A stretch of 64,000 bases of DNA from Nitrosopumilaceae archaeon (GCA_965207375.1 CBDBMG010000002.1:608001-672000), one strand, 5' to 3'; counted from the first letter of the stretch, positions 1 to 13,552 are shown. Notes: generated by a model not told the origin, from the sequence alone. A program made the numbers and translations.

Positions 1-722
1 ATACAACACCTTGTTTATGAGGCTCAGCCAAGATATATGGGAGTTAGTACTGCAGCAGGGATACAATGTTGGCACTTGGCAGCTTATCTGGCACTAGTAT
101 CCCTGCATATGGTTAGCTTAACCTCAAGTGATCATGCATAAATAGGTCACTTCAATTCAATCATTAAGGGATCACGTGATTACAATCTATGTTTCGTTAA
201 TAATAACATGGAGCACTAAACTTCCCATATATCCATCATTCTTACAGAAGCAGCCATTACAGAGACTGTACCTATGTAGTTAATGTACATATAGTATTTG
301 GGATTGGCATAGACTAGCTATATTCCTAACATGCTATATATAATCATGGTTACACTGTTAATTGTAAAATTACATTAAATGTTTCTTAAGCAGATGACGG
401 AATACTTTATCCTACTTATAATTATGAGATAGAAGTAAACAGCTATGCAGCTATTGACAAAAACTTTACAGATACAGAATACTAATAAAATGTTTATGAT
501 GTTTTATACACTTTTCAAGAGTTTAAAATCATTACCCGGTAAGTGTATTGACACTAATACAAAACTATAATATATAGGTATGATCATGTATATACATACA
601 GCTTTAATGGATTGTATTTGAGATTGGGACCAACTACATACCTAACATGCCATATCTAATTAAACATTTGTTACACTATTTAAAAGCATTTATTGGCACT
701 AATAAAAGTACAAGACTATATA

Positions 723-2424
723 CAGTACGGCTCAATTTAAACTTGACTACACACGCGTGAAGCAACTAAACGACTCGACATGTTTCTGAAATTACATAAT
801 ATAACCTGTGTGTGCATGAAAGATCAATGACATAAAAATTAAAGTTAATTGCATATGTGTACACACGAGACATTAGTCTGCTGCCATGTGCATCTTGGTT
901 TGCATGAACAGTGCGCGTCCATCTGTGGTTTGCACAAACTTCACTCGTGCATTAGGTTTGCATAAAACGGGAGTCTTGCATTTTGGTTTGCACAAGCACA
1001 ATTGTTTTTCCCACACATTTCACATGTTTCATTGGCATGCACTCTGGCTTGGCATATACACGAGTAATACGTAGTAAACCAAATAGGTGCATGCGTACTT
1101 ACTACTACACCACAGAGAGCATACTTTTTATAGGTTTAGAGCTGGTAATGTAACAGTGTTACACTTTCAAATAAACTTGTGATGATTTATGGAGATATAC
1201 AGATGACCACGTGTATTCTAACACTTTAGTTCACCTGGAGCATTTTAATAATCTGGAGAGGGGATTTTTGTTAAGCTGTAGTTGATCTGAGCAATGATAA
1301 TACCTATCACATTGTACAATGTGCACATGTGCAGGTACCCACATTTATGTAAAAGTTTATAATGTGGAGTGTATTTTCTTTATTGCACGCAGCTTTATCG
1401 TGCGAACTCATGCAATTAAACAATTAAACAGTCGTGGCACACTAGACATGCACCACACAAGCAAACTCGTCACGATCGTACGTTCAGGTAACTGTCAATC
1501 ACACATGGTGCACGACACCAATAAACTTGTCACGAGCGCACGCTTTACCATCAAATACACATGGTACACCACACAAATAAGCTTGCCGCGAATGCAAGCA
1601 GTTGGTACGATAGAAATTAAGGATGTAACAATCAGCTTAATTGGTTACTAACAATGCTATAAAATTAGGCAATTTGCTAATAATTCACACCTTACAAAAA
1701 GTCACTGATATTATTGCATATACATTGATCAATAATTCTATAATTATGCTGTGTACATTATTTATACATGCTTTTATTTTGAATAAGTAGATAATTACTG
1801 TATATCTTCACATTCAAATGCAAGAAAACAAATTTGTGAGTTGCCTTATTTAGTTCATTATTTGCATGTGATCTATTATTGAACTTTTTCATGATAAATT
1901 AATGCTTTCACAGAGTAAAGAAGTTTACGTAATTGATGTCGCAATGATGAACAAGATATGTAATGGAAATTTTCTTGATGAACATAAAACAGTTATGGTA
2001 AGCCATTTGAACTTGTCTTACCCTTATTTAGCTACACTGCATTAACTGTATTGTATACTTTGCAATTGCAGTTAAACATTGCAAGCCACAGCATGACAAC
2101 TGGAGCATATCATCAAAATTGAAATCACTGGATTTTACTTGTACGTACGTGTGTAGATTTTATATACTCACTTTAAGATTTTCCCTTGTCATACGTACAT
2201 GTACAATAGCCATTGCTCATCTTCGAAATATTATTATAGAAACTGTCTAGCATAACATAGAGTTTTTATATGCCCATAATATAATTATGTTAATGTGCTG
2301 CTTTATAACCAGTAGCTATAAGGTTGCTGTATTGTGCATTTACAGGCTATAGAACTACATTCATCAGCAATTATTTACATAGACCCAATTGGTGAAAATA
2401 CAAAGATTAAATTGAGCTGTACTG
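723..2424. mobile_element. Non-autonomous Tc1/mariner-pogo-like TIR element
   Basis: 18-bp TIRs cagtacggctcaatttaa (723) and ttaaattgagctgtactg (ends 2424), 1 mismatch; TA on both flanks; no transposase ORF recognised. Confidence 0.7.
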
Positions 2425-2854
2425 TATGTAGGTACGGTAGTTTGCAAAAAAAGTTTGCAAAGCTTCGTTACAGGTTTGCAAACCTTCGTGAACAGTTTGC
2501 GAATGTTAATTTGTACATAACTTCGTGAGATAATTTAACTCCGTGCACAAGTGATTGTTTTATTACGTAATCAATGTTACGAAGCTGTGGCAATGCGCTT
2601 TTTGTGCATTTATGTACATGTTCGTGAGTCATGAACTGACTCGTGAACTGGTGACTCATGAACTTGAACTCACCCATACAGCTTGTAAACTGATAGCTAC
2701 TTACACATTGTACAAAATTAAACACTAGCACTAATAGAAGGCTTGAGTAAAGTGCCTTTTAATGCTTGTCTTAGTTGGAAAATTTTTGTAGTAAGAAGCG
2801 AAGGATTGTGCAGGGTAAGGTATCAGATAACGATGAATTTTCAGTGCTGTATAA

Positions 2855-3115
2855 CAGTATAGAACTGCAGGTGAAGCTCAGCAAGAGCGACGAGCTGCCG
2901 CAAATGAAGTCCTTTAACAGCGAAGAGCTGCAAATGAAGCCAAGCAAAGAGCTACTGCAAATGAAGCCCAGTAACAGTGAAGAGCTACCACAAATGAAGC
3001 CCAGCAACAGTGAAGAGCTACCTGCCGCAAATGAAGTCCAGTAACAGCGAAGAGTTGCAGATGAAGCTCAGTAAGAGAGAAACGTTAACAGCGAAGAGCC
3101 GAAAATGAAGCTCAA
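2855..3115. repeat. ~27-33 bp minisatellite
   Basis: Repeated aaatgaagcccagtaacagcgaagagct; accounts for the ORFs reading SEELPQMKPSN and LLGFICSSS. Confidence 0.85.
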
Positions 3116-3501
3116 GCACAGTATTGGGATCGGCACCTTCTGCACCAGTATTAATGATGATGCGGACAGCTGAAGGAGAAGGAGGTCCAGCAGTGATGAT
3201 GCTGGTGGCGGTCGGTGTGGCTCAAAGGGACGGAGACATCATTGATGATTTGAGCTTGACTTTAATAACAGATGATAATTGATTTTGATTGGATGCTGAG
3301 CCTATTCATTATAGTGCTGGGCGCAAATGATATCATCGTAATCATAATTAGTAGGGCACTTAAATAAAAAATGAAGCCCAATAAAGAACAGTTGGGGAAA
3401 AAAATTATTGTCAAGTATGAAAACACAGTTCTGAGAGATGGGATGGTAAGACAGTGATAATGGATGGAGAATTGTATGATATTAGTAGGCATGCACGTGA
3501 A

Positions 3502-5530
3502 TGTTATATTACTTATTAAATTATTGGTCACGTGATTGCGTACTAGCTAGTACATGGCACTGCGAGCACCGGCATTATCTGCCTCAAGCTGACACAAATA
3601 CAGTAAAGATCGTCCTTATAACCACAAGAGAGATTCCCTGGTGCCGGTTAGAGACACCAGACAAGGTAGTAGAGTTAGTTTTCACGCTGTTGTTTCCCAC
3701 CATTTTTGCTTTGTCAACAGATCGATCGATGTCAGCCTACGCCTTTCGTCAAAGCGACTTGCCCAATCTAGACTTCAACATAGACAGGGGCACAGACTTC
3801 ATGGCATGGCGAATGCAATGGGAATCCTATTGTTTCCTCTCCAGGCTACTCGAAGAAGATGCAGCAAAGCAAGTCAAAGCGCTGACTTTATGCCTATCAA
3901 GAGAGACACTGGTGATTGTCCATAATCTGGGACTCAGCGAAGCAGAAATGAAGAGACCACAAGATATTATTGACGCTCTGCAACCAAGGTACGTGGACGG
4001 CCACATCAATAAGACTGTGGAGCGGCGTAATTTCCGGCACCGGAACCAGCAGCGTGGAGAAACCTTCGATGACTACCTAATATCATTACGAGATTTAGCT
4101 AAAACGTGCAGGTTTTGTTCCGATATTGCTTGCAGAAAAACATCAGAGATCAGATTATCGAAGGCTTGCTTGATGGGAACACAGTAGAAGACTTGTTGTA
4201 GGAGTCAGGCCTCACAATGGCTACCACCATCACGAAGTGTAGGAGCAAAGAAGCCGCCAAGAAGAATCGGCTACAGATAGTTGCTTGGGATCAAGAACCC
4301 AAAGTCATTGCAGCATTTCAGAACCCACACACACCAGGACAAGGAAGACCACGAATATGTCAGGGATGTGGAGGAGCACAGCATAAAGGGGGCCGCATTC
4401 ACTGTCCAGCATATCAGAAAGCTTGTTCAGCTTGCCATAAGGTGGGCCATTTTGCCAGAGTTTGCAGGAGCAAACAGAAGCTTCACCAGCAGGCATCAGG
4501 CAACGACACCTTGCATTCTTCAACCAATGTCATCCACCTGCAGCCACTACAGGGAGATCACATACAATTATACAACATAGCAGGAGATAAAGCTGAACCT
4601 CACTGTGCAAATGGCAACCTGTTCTAGAACTACATCAGTAACTGTATTACCAGATTCAGGGGCTGACATATCAGCTGCTGGCCAAGCAATTGTGGGCATA
4701 CAGGGACACCGTTTAGACAACCTAACACCATCAGAAATAAGCCAAAGTGCTGCTAACGGAGCGTGCATGAAACCATTGGGAAAGATACCAGTCACCATCC
4801 GTCTATAAGGAAAGACCTATAAAGATGACATCCATATCTTTCCAGGAGTGTCAGGGGCACTCATTTCATGGAAAGCCGCCAAAGAGTTGGGCATATTGCC
4901 CCCCTGGTACCCACACCCCGAGAAATCCCCACAACTTATGCAGAATCTAAAGGTAAACACTAACAATGCAACAGACTATGGCTCCAGTACGGTAGAGCAA
5001 CTCAACAGTAGTTCCCATCCGTATTCAGTGGGCAAGTATCAGCAATGGAAGGAGAGCTAATTATGATATCATTAACAGAAAATGCAGAGCCATTTTGTGT
5101 CAAAGCTCCCTGCTCAATTCCTTTTACTTACTGTGAGAAATTACGACAAGAAATAGACTCACTCTTGGAATAAGACATCATAGCTCCAGTCATGGAAGCA
5201 ACAGAATGGTGTGCGCCAATAGTAGTGACTCCCAAGAAAAGGACGGACAACATCAGACTATGCGTGGATTTGTCAAGGCTCAACAGATACATCCGCAGAG
5301 AGCGATACCAATCCCCTACGCCAGCAGAAGTGGTCGCGGACATTGCAGCAAATGAAGCTCAGATTCTTCACAGTCTTGGATGCAAAGAAAGGCTACCACT
5401 AATGTCTGATGGATGAGCCAAGCCAATTACTAACTACCTTCACAACACCCTTTGGGCGTTTTAAATGTTGGCGAGCATCTTACGGGTTGTCCTCTATCGT
5501 GGAGCACGACAATAGAAGAATGGCTGACAT
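3502..5530 (+). mobile_element. Decayed Ty3/Gypsy LTR retrotransposon (gag, protease, 5' part of RT)
   Basis: Gag (FMAWRMQWESY...ERRNFRHRNQQRGETFDDY), zinc knuckle CSACHKVGHFARVC, protease LPDSGADIS, RT WCAPIVVTPKK...IRLCVDLSRLN; many frameshifts and stops; possible LTR from ~3502 and PBS-like tggtgccg at ~3639. Confidence 0.9.
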
Positions 5531-5889
5531 GTGGCACACCACACGAATTAGCTCGTCACGAATGCACATTTACTATCAAATACACGTGGTGCACCAGACA
5601 TGCACCACGTGAATAAGCTCGTCACGAGTGCAAGCAGTTTATATGAATTACCTTTCAATCATTTTAGGACTAATCTTAAAGCTAACCTTAAAAGGAGAGG
5701 TTACCCTAATAGACATATCAATTCGTATACTGACAGGGTGATAGACCCTTTGAATTAAAACCCAAAACCAAAAAGAATCTTAATAAACTTTCTCTAATAA
5801 CCAGATTTACACCCTCAGCATCAACAGCTTGAAGGATCCAATCATGCAATCAGGTAATGCTGTTTCACATGCACTGCAATTGTATAACA

Positions 5890-7150
5890 AGCATATGATG
5901 GGGCTTCAGTGATGAGCAGAAAATGTTCTGGTGTACAAAAACGTATTAAAGAGGTTACCCCTGAAGCTACATACGTTCATTGCTATGCACATTGCTTAAA
6001 TCTTGCTTTAGTAGATAGCAGTAAGCATGTGTCAGATGCTGCAGACTTTTTTGCTTTAATGGAGATACTTTATGTATTCATATCATCATCAAAAGCGCAT
6101 GCTGTTTACATACACCAGCAGTCTTTACTGCACCTGTACATCAACTGCAGCGCTTATCTGATACTCGTTGGGCTTGCAGATGCTTTGCTGTAGAAGCAGT
6201 GTGTAGTACGTATGATTTAAATTTAGCTACCTTGCAAGCTATTGTAGATGATGAAGATCGAGCAAAAGTGATAGAAGCCACAGGTATTCTTTCTCAGGTT
6301 AGTAATTTTTGATACCATTAGTGTTGTTTTGGCGGATACTATTTTGCATTAAATGCTTGTCTAACCAACTTCAGAGTACTTCTATTAACATGGCCAAAGC
6401 AGCTAATCTACGTAGTAAACACTACTCTAGACACATTTTACATCTTTTTCCAAGTGATCTGGAATGAGAAAAACATTACAAATACACTACAGATGTTGCT
6501 GCCTTACATGAAATCAGTGTATCATCACCAGAGGACTACAACATCAAAGACAGTTACCATGAAGGTTTGATAATGCAGTGATTATGGAAACAACTGGTGC
6601 TAGGGAAACAATGGAAATTAGTGAAAGTTTCAAATCAGTCTGTATTTTCCTATTTCAGATGCTATCATTTCAGAGCTTCAAAATAGGTTTGATACCAAAA
6701 ACTTTGATCTAATGAAGGCAATACAATGTTGCAATCCTTCATCCCCACAATTTCTTGAAATCGAATAGTTGTTCCCATTTAATTAAATTGTATAGTTGCT
6801 TGAATAAGGAATATCTGATGATGGAATGCACACTATCCAAACAAACTTTGCAAATAAAGAAATGGAGAGTATAAATGATGTACTCTGGGAAGTTTATTTA
6901 TTAAAAGCAGCTTTTCCTACATTAGTTAAAGTGCTACAAATTGCTTTCATAATAGCTGTTAGCACCGCAGAGTGCGAACAGTCATTTTCTGCACTTAAAC
7001 GCATAAAAACCATCCTTCACTCCACCATGTTTAAGCAGACTTAGCTTTGATTTCAATAGAAAAACAATTATCATAAAATCTTCCTTTAGATTAAGTTATT
7101 GACAGATTCGCTGCAGCAGACAAAAACAGAAAAATTGTTTTTAAATTAAT
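5890..7150 (+). pseudogene. hAT transposase remnant (ZMYM1/THAP12-like clade)
   Basis: YDGASVMS...GVQKRI...YVHCYAHCLNLAL and C-terminal dimerisation motif STAECEQSFSALKRIKT; disrupted frames. Confidence 0.9.
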
Positions 7151-7416
7151 TATACACATAGCTACTTGCAATAGACTACATAATTTATTATGCACAATCG
7201 TTAGGCCTAGCTAGATACAATAAAACTGATCATTACATGAGTCTCGCATTACACGATTTATGTTCTATAATTGTACCACTACAGAGTATGAAATGAGGAC
7301 TGAAAAGTGCTTAAACACAATTTGAAACTTCGTGTTTGTACTAGCTTTGCCGTGATTGCAGAAAGCACAAAAACAAGACAAACTTAAGTAATTAGTACAA
7401 GTAAAATAATAGCTAG

Positions 7417-7725
7417 CTACTCGTGTGCAATCCAAATATCACAGTGGCTGCAGGTGTGCACAAAATGGCAGTTGTATAAGAGATAGATCCCAACTAACAA
7501 CCACACAAGGCTTTTTAAATGTTTGATGTATGTTAATGCACTTTTTAAGGTGAATATCCTACTCTGCTGTCTTTTTCGTCCACGCAGATGAGCACTTTGG
7601 TGTCGTGGCACTTTTGAGGCTAAGATTTGGTACACTGGTTCGAGCCTCGCTACTCTCTCCCTTTCCTTTTCATTCTTTGCCATCCTCTTTTCCTCATTTT
7701 CTTCACGACTGTGAATGCCTTCCAT
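7417..7725 (-). CDS. Achaete-scute-like bHLH ORF (102 aa from an internal ATG)
   Basis: RMAKNEKERERVARLEPVYQILASKVP...SRIFTLKSALTYIKHLK fits the group A/ASC bHLH pattern (NxxERxRV, LxxxVP, SxxxTLxSAxxYIxxL). Confidence 0.7.
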   Translation of the reverse strand: MEGIHSREENEEKRMAKNEKERERVARLEPVYQILASKVPRHQSAHLRGRKRQQSRIFTLKSALTYIKHLKSLVWLLVGIYLLYNCHFVHTCSHCDIWIAHE

Positions 7726-7759
7726 TTCAACCAACTGTGGGAAAACACTGATAACTGGC

Positions 7760-8230
7760 TGTGTTGTGTGGTACATTAGTAGGAATCTTGCTAGTGTGAT
7801 ACCTAACATAAGGGCCGTCCCCATTTTCTTTGTTGCTTGTTTGACCTCTTGCAGTGCTCGCTCTGCAGCCCCATTTGATGCTGGGTGGTAAGCTGGGATG
7901 CACACATTCTTAATGCCATTTTTCTTACAGAAAGTGATAAATTCTGTTGCCACAAATTGAGGTCCATTGTCACTGATGATTTCTTTCGGCAGCCCAAAAC
8001 TAGCAAAGAGTCTCCTTAATGCTTCTATGGTTGTTGCAACTATTGCTGTCCTCAATGGAATAGCCTCAATCCATTTTGAATGTATATCAATGATAACCAA
8101 TACTTGATATCCCTCTATTTCCACATAGTCAATATGAATTCTTTGCATTGGACGATTTGCCCATGGCCTACTATGCAACGGGGCCTTTGGTGGCAAGCTA
8201 CGTTGTGCTGCACAGTTTTCACAAGTACGC
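7760..8230 (-). mobile_element. Gypsy integrase core fragment
   Basis: CENC (end of the HHCC finger), RIHIDY, IISDNGPQF, YHPASNGAAER; D-D-E residues present; in frame with the downstream bHLH. Confidence 0.9.
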
Positions 8231-9135
8231 AGTACCCACCACCTCTTCTATGTCCTGATTTACTTTGTACCACCACACATAGCTACGAGCTAGTAATACC
8301 AGGGATTTCCAACCCCTGGTTTTAGCGCCATCATATTAAAAAGCAGTATGGTAATGTGAGCTTAGTGTAAATTTTAGCTTACGTGCCACTGCAACGAAGC
8401 GCATTCAACACCCTTTCAAGTAATTTATATTTGACGAAATTCCATCAAATAATTATGCTGAAAATAATATTTATAAATACTGTTTCTAATTCTTCATTGA
8501 TAAATCAATGGAAAACTTTGGTACGAAAAGGGACCGTTATTTTAATAGAGAACGCGCGGCACCATTACAAGGTTTCTTTGTATCCGGTTGACGCAAATTT
8601 TTAGCAAGGTGAGAAAGAATGTAATGTATTCTAAGCAAATCAGGGGTGCTGATTTCAAATTTTCTATCTGTTTTGATGCTTAGTGGAGTATATTTTTATT
8701 ATACAAGTAAAAAATCTAATAAATAATTGCAATGCGGTTGGATAGCCAAGTTTTTGGAACATTTAACAACCATTTTTAACATTGGTAACCTCCATTTTGT
8801 ATATGCAATGACATATTGGTGTTGTTAGAGCAGTAATTTTGCGAGCTAGGGCAAGTGAGTGGTTATGTAAAATTAAATACATGCACATGTGAGCAGTTGT
8901 AGAGGTTTTAATGAGTTGTTGTTATTCTTCTATATAATAGTTAGACGCCAAGACCAAGGGAACTAAGCGATTTAGTAACCCGATGGCCCGAGGCTGTAGC
9001 GTCCCGAGCACAGTGAGGGTGCTACTAAGGGCCTGAGGGTTACTAAATCGCTTAGTTCCCATTGGTCACACCGTTTGACTTATTTAGACTGAACAAGAAT
9101 CACATAGCAACAGTTTCAAAGTACCTTTAATAAGT

Positions 9136-9528
9136 ATGGAAAAGGAATTTGACGAGTTTCTTAGTGAAGAGCTGTTAGACTTTTGTTCCTATGGCAGCCG
9201 CGAGAATAATTTGGCCTTTAGCGCTACTAATAGGTGTGAAGAATTGGACGCGTTTACCAAGTTAACTAGCAAAGAAGTTGAAGAATACCTTACACAACAC
9301 AATGATGATTATTGCAGCACTAGCGAGACAAATGCACTGTCCATCGAATTGTCCCAGGGCCCAAGCCATACCAGCAAGTCTAGTCAAAAATTTGCCACGC
9401 CCAAGAGCGATAATGAAGTTGCGGAAGCACGTAAGTCTGGAGTACCAGCTAAGACACAAATAGATACTGACTGGTGTTTTTCCATCTGGGAAGAGTGGCG
9501 AAATTATTATAATATAAACTATTCTTAA
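9136..9528 (+). pseudogene. N-terminal fragment of a DUF3504/CryptonA-type (QRICH1/ZMYM-like) protein
   Basis: KFATPKSDNEVAEARKSGVPAKTQIDTDWCFSIWEEWR resembles the conserved N-terminus of this family; truncated; preceded by a 24-bp perfect inverted repeat at 8958-9060. Confidence 0.6.
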
Positions 9529-9559
9529 TAATATTATGATAAATTGCCTGAAGGCAGGG

Positions 9560-9655
9560 AACTAAGTGAACATGTGTAGGTGACTAAGTGAACATGTGTA
9601 GGTGACTAAGTGAACATGTGTAGGTGACTAAGTGAACATGCAGGTGACTAAGTGA
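9560..9655. repeat. 22-bp tandem repeat, ~4.5 copies
   Basis: actaagtgaacatgtgtaggtg repeated. Confidence 0.9.
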
Positions 9656-10348
9656 TTTAGTGAACCTCTAAATTCACTGTACTATAGTCTAAGTATAATA
9701 TGTATATGTACATTCATTTAGCTGGCTATGTAGGGTGTAATCATAACAATTTTAAAAGCAAGATGCAACAAAGTGATTTCCTAGGGATGGTCACTTTTAG
9801 AGGTGGTCATTATTACATATTTTTGTGTTATTATGGAAAAAATATATACATTTTCATTATTTTAGCTTCATGTGAGCACAATTATGCTTACTGTAATTTT
9901 GGTGTTTAAGGTGATTTGGTGCCATTTATGCACAAGAAATTGTGTAGAAATTTTTTTGTACAGAAAAATATTGTACCACCGTGATCTTTTTCTTCAGGAG
10001 TGAGCTATGGAGCTGAAATTTTCACCAAAACGATCAGCAAAGAACACAGAATGAAACCAATCATTAAACCACAAAGAATTCTAAATATTTAATTTTGGTT
10101 GGAAATCCCTAGTAATACATTGTATTATTATAATTACTATATGCGTTTCCGATCCATGCTACCTATATTATAACATGGGTACGCCCCTAATTAGGGAAGA
10201 TAACAAACTAGACAGCACTGAGGTTAAATTAATAATCAAACCTGACCTGCTCTATATGACTTGCAGATGCCGTTAAACTGATGCTACCATCTGCGTGTGC
10301 TGCAGTGTTATGATATTCACCGGGATCTCTTGCTGCAAGGGCATTAGT

Positions 10349-10585
10349 TCAACTCGCTACGATTGTGACAACCGTGACTCTGGGCAGTGGGTGCACTTTC
10401 AACTGTCTGATATAATGCAATGCACTTTTTAAGGTGGATACCCTACTCTGCCTATTCTGTGATCTTCGACCATGCAGATGAGCACCTAGGCGTGGAACTT
10501 TTGATGCCGATAAGTCGTATAGTGGGGCGAGCCTTGCTACTGTTTTCCATACCATTCTATTCTTTTTGATATTACTGGCTCCAAG
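10349..10585 (-). pseudogene. Second ASC-like bHLH copy, basic region disrupted
   Basis: VARLAPLYDLSASKVPRLGAHLHGRRSQNRQSRVSTLKSALHYIRQLK, clearly paralogous to 7417-7725; frameshift or deletion upstream of VARL. Confidence 0.7.
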
Positions 10586-11129
10586 CTGGTTTTTGACCAG
10601 CTGGTAGCCAGCTGACTATGGTCAAAACCAGCTGAATACATAGCAAGCTGGCTGCTGACAATTGCAACTTGTGCAAGTAACACAAATGGAGTGGAAATAC
10701 TTTGCGTTTCTACAATTAATTGTTTTAGAAAGTACTTTTGCATTATGATCTACATATCTGTTCACAGGTGCACTTGATTAGCAGCTCTGCTGGACTCAAC
10801 CTGATTTAAATTCTGCCCCCCTCTATTGTTTATAGTGGGATATATTATAAGTTAGATGGGTAAATTTGCTGTTCTTCTATGGTATAAATAATACATGCCT
10901 TGTGTAATAAATATACGCCATACAGGCGAATTCAGGATTGTTTAAGGGGGAATCTGGAGACAATGGTAATGTACAAACCATATTATATACATATCTAATA
11001 TAAATTCTGCACATCCCTCATGCTGGATATTAACACTTGACATTAACAAAACCCTTTAAAGCTGGAAATACACTTTTATCCTGTTATTTTAACAGGTATG
11101 TGGTTGAAATTGACACACGCTCTGTTGTT

Positions 11130-11585
11130 TTGGGGTGAGCCTCAGTGATCCCCACACTAGCGAGTCATTTCATGCAATCGACCGTGTACAAAAATCAACC
11201 ATCTCACAATAAATAACGTGACAGATTAACAATCCAATGATGGTTTGTGCAATCACGATAAATTACACCATAGATTACTGACAATTCAAATAGACTACTA
11301 CTCAAAATAATGCATATCACACGCGTTTATTAGAGGAATTATGGAACGTGACGACAGACTAAGATGAAGAAGAGAACAGTATAGATTACGACGCTTATTC
11401 ACCATCCCTTGGTTGGTTTGGTAGACACCTCTCATGGAGGGTTGGGCTGGCTGGAGTGGACGGGTAGCTTTTACAACTCTGTGTTGTTTAATGTATGTTG
11501 TTTAAATATCTATGTTTAATGTAACAATTATGTGAGTCGTTCTATATCTCAGGCTCACCCCCTATGCTGTTGGCATCTATCTAGT
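11130..11585 (+). mobile_element. Short Helentron/Helitron-like non-autonomous element
   Basis: 5' ttggggtgagcct...cccca hairpin-like start; subterminal inverted copy aggctcacccc near the 3' end, followed by a small stem and ctagt. Confidence 0.5.
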
Positions 11586-11839
11586 TGTAGTACTGAAAAC
11601 ATCTGTTGTGTGCAATAATGACATAATGAGTAACTTATGCTACATAATTATTTTATTCTTTACAGGACTGCAAAGACTACAATGCTGTACTGTTCATATT
11701 CACAACCCACTCTCCAATGAAATTATTATTAAAAAGTTTCAGGTGTAGGTGTATGCTTCCTCAAAGCAGAGAAGTACCCTCTTCATCATTCTTCTATATG
11801 TAATCTTCTTTTAAGAGAAAAGAAATGGTTACCACCACC

Positions 11840-12581
11840 TGGTTCATTTATAGACCCGGGCTCAAAAGAGACTATACGGTGTTATGTGTATAAATTTGAT
11901 CAGACAACCAGATGTTCAGATGCCTCTATAGATTGGGTTAATGTTTATCTTGAAAGAAAGCTGATCAATTTACCTTCTGTTGGTCTAGCCAGAAATGTTG
12001 CTTGGTCATTTTTTTCTCTTGTGGAAAACATGGATTACGATTAAAAAATAAGTCCAGATGATTTACAATTACATCAGAGCTATGTTTACCAAACACCAGA
12101 TATAGAGGAGGAATGTGTGCAAGCCCTTGTCTTTACAATACACGACCATTACAAACCAGACGGAGATGAAATTAAAATTTTTAATCCAGGCAATCAAGAT
12201 CACTACTTCCAATTCTCTGGTGGTGGGGACATTTATATTGGGAAGCAGAAAGAATTGCTCGTGATTTATAGCGAACCGGAACTGTCCAAGGATGTTACAT
12301 TGTCTCCTACAGATGATTCAGAGTCTGTATCAGGTTTAACAATTGAAGAGGAAAGGGGCAATCACAGCCAAGAGAGTTTACAGTCTCAGCTAGTTGCTAA
12401 TAGCACCCTCGCCTGTGTGTCAATATTTATAAACAAATGCAAATTGGAGTACGATGCAGATTATATTAAGAATGTGACAAAGATATCGGGATACAGTTCA
12501 CTTTGCAATGATTCAAATTCTTGTCCTAGTTTAGCAGTAAATGTCACTTCGTTTTCTGGGAATCCTAATTTTATACTATGA
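11840..12581 (+). pseudogene. Long reading frame of unknown protein with an internal stop
   Basis: Protein-like frame continues upstream of the 154-aa ORF through one TAA at ~12042; no family recognised. Confidence 0.3.
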
Positions 12582-12891
12582 AATAGTTTAGGACTTTAGG
12601 AACCTCATTATCTCTCAAAAATCATAAGCTTAATAGCTAATGGTCAGTAGCTACAGGGTCTATGGTACAAAATTCTAGTGATCAGTGGAACCAGCTGTGA
12701 GTCCCGCCACTTTAAATATTAGGGACGAAAAGCCTCATTGAGGCTTCCTGGTTTTTTGGTTATAGATGTGTGTGTACAATGTATCACGTGATTACCTGTC
12801 TTATTGATTACTTCCTAAATAATGTACATCATCACTGTTAGAAGAAAAATCAATAATCATTGCAGATGCTATATACTAAGAATACGACTTA

Positions 12892-13552
12892 CCGTATGGC
12901 TCCAAAGTTTCGTGAGATAATATTTTCGTGAATTTCGGTAGTGGCTTGCAAGTCACGAAAATATTAGTCTCGAAATTTTTTGTTTCAACTGGACTGAGAC
13001 ACGTGGTTCCCTATGAGCTAGTTTAAATACTTTAAGCCGTTGTCAATATTTTAAGCCGTTGTCAATACTTACTGTTCCGTCGAGCTCCATAGCTGTAGCT
13101 AATCAGAAATCTTAGCAACTGGCGGTGACCATCCGAAGTCTGCATCATCAACCACTCGAGCAGTACAAGCACCCTATGCTAAATTCAATCCGAAACAAAA
13201 GGCAACTGTTGGAATTACGCTGTATCAAATGGAACTGCTAATTTACGGCGTTTCAAGACTAAATTTTGCAAATTGAAATGGTCGATACCCAGCAGTATTC
13301 GTGGTTGCTCGACAGATTTTCCTACAACACCGGTACTTTAATAGCACAGAAAGTTATATTATTTGACCAATCATTCAGTAAACATAGTCGGCATATATAC
13401 CTCAATTGACAGCAAATATCCTCATGCCGGCCTCTCTAATAATTTCACAAAATTTTTGCTAATTCACGAAATTTTTATTCCGAAAATTTACTTTTCCAAG
13501 ATTTTGGGCTTTCCACGAAATTTTTTTACTACGAAAATTTGGAGCCATAAGG
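12892..13552. mobile_element. MITE with TA TSD
   Basis: TIRs ccgtatggctccaaa / tttggagccataagg, TA flanks, subterminal tttcgtg/cacgaaa motifs. Confidence 0.8.

Larger units (their letters stand above)
8300..10111. mobile_element. Non-autonomous hAT-like element
   Basis: TIRs cagggatttccaacc / ggttggaaatccct(a); flanking direct repeat (a)gtaatac at 8292-8299 and 10111-10118. Confidence 0.8.

Noticed and set aside
2771-3044. Repetitive ORFs on both strands
   Set aside because: Arise from the minisatellite; no independent coding evidence.
5660-5825. Possible Penelope-like RT C-terminal fragment (LKRRGYP)
   Set aside because: Too short and degenerate to support a call.
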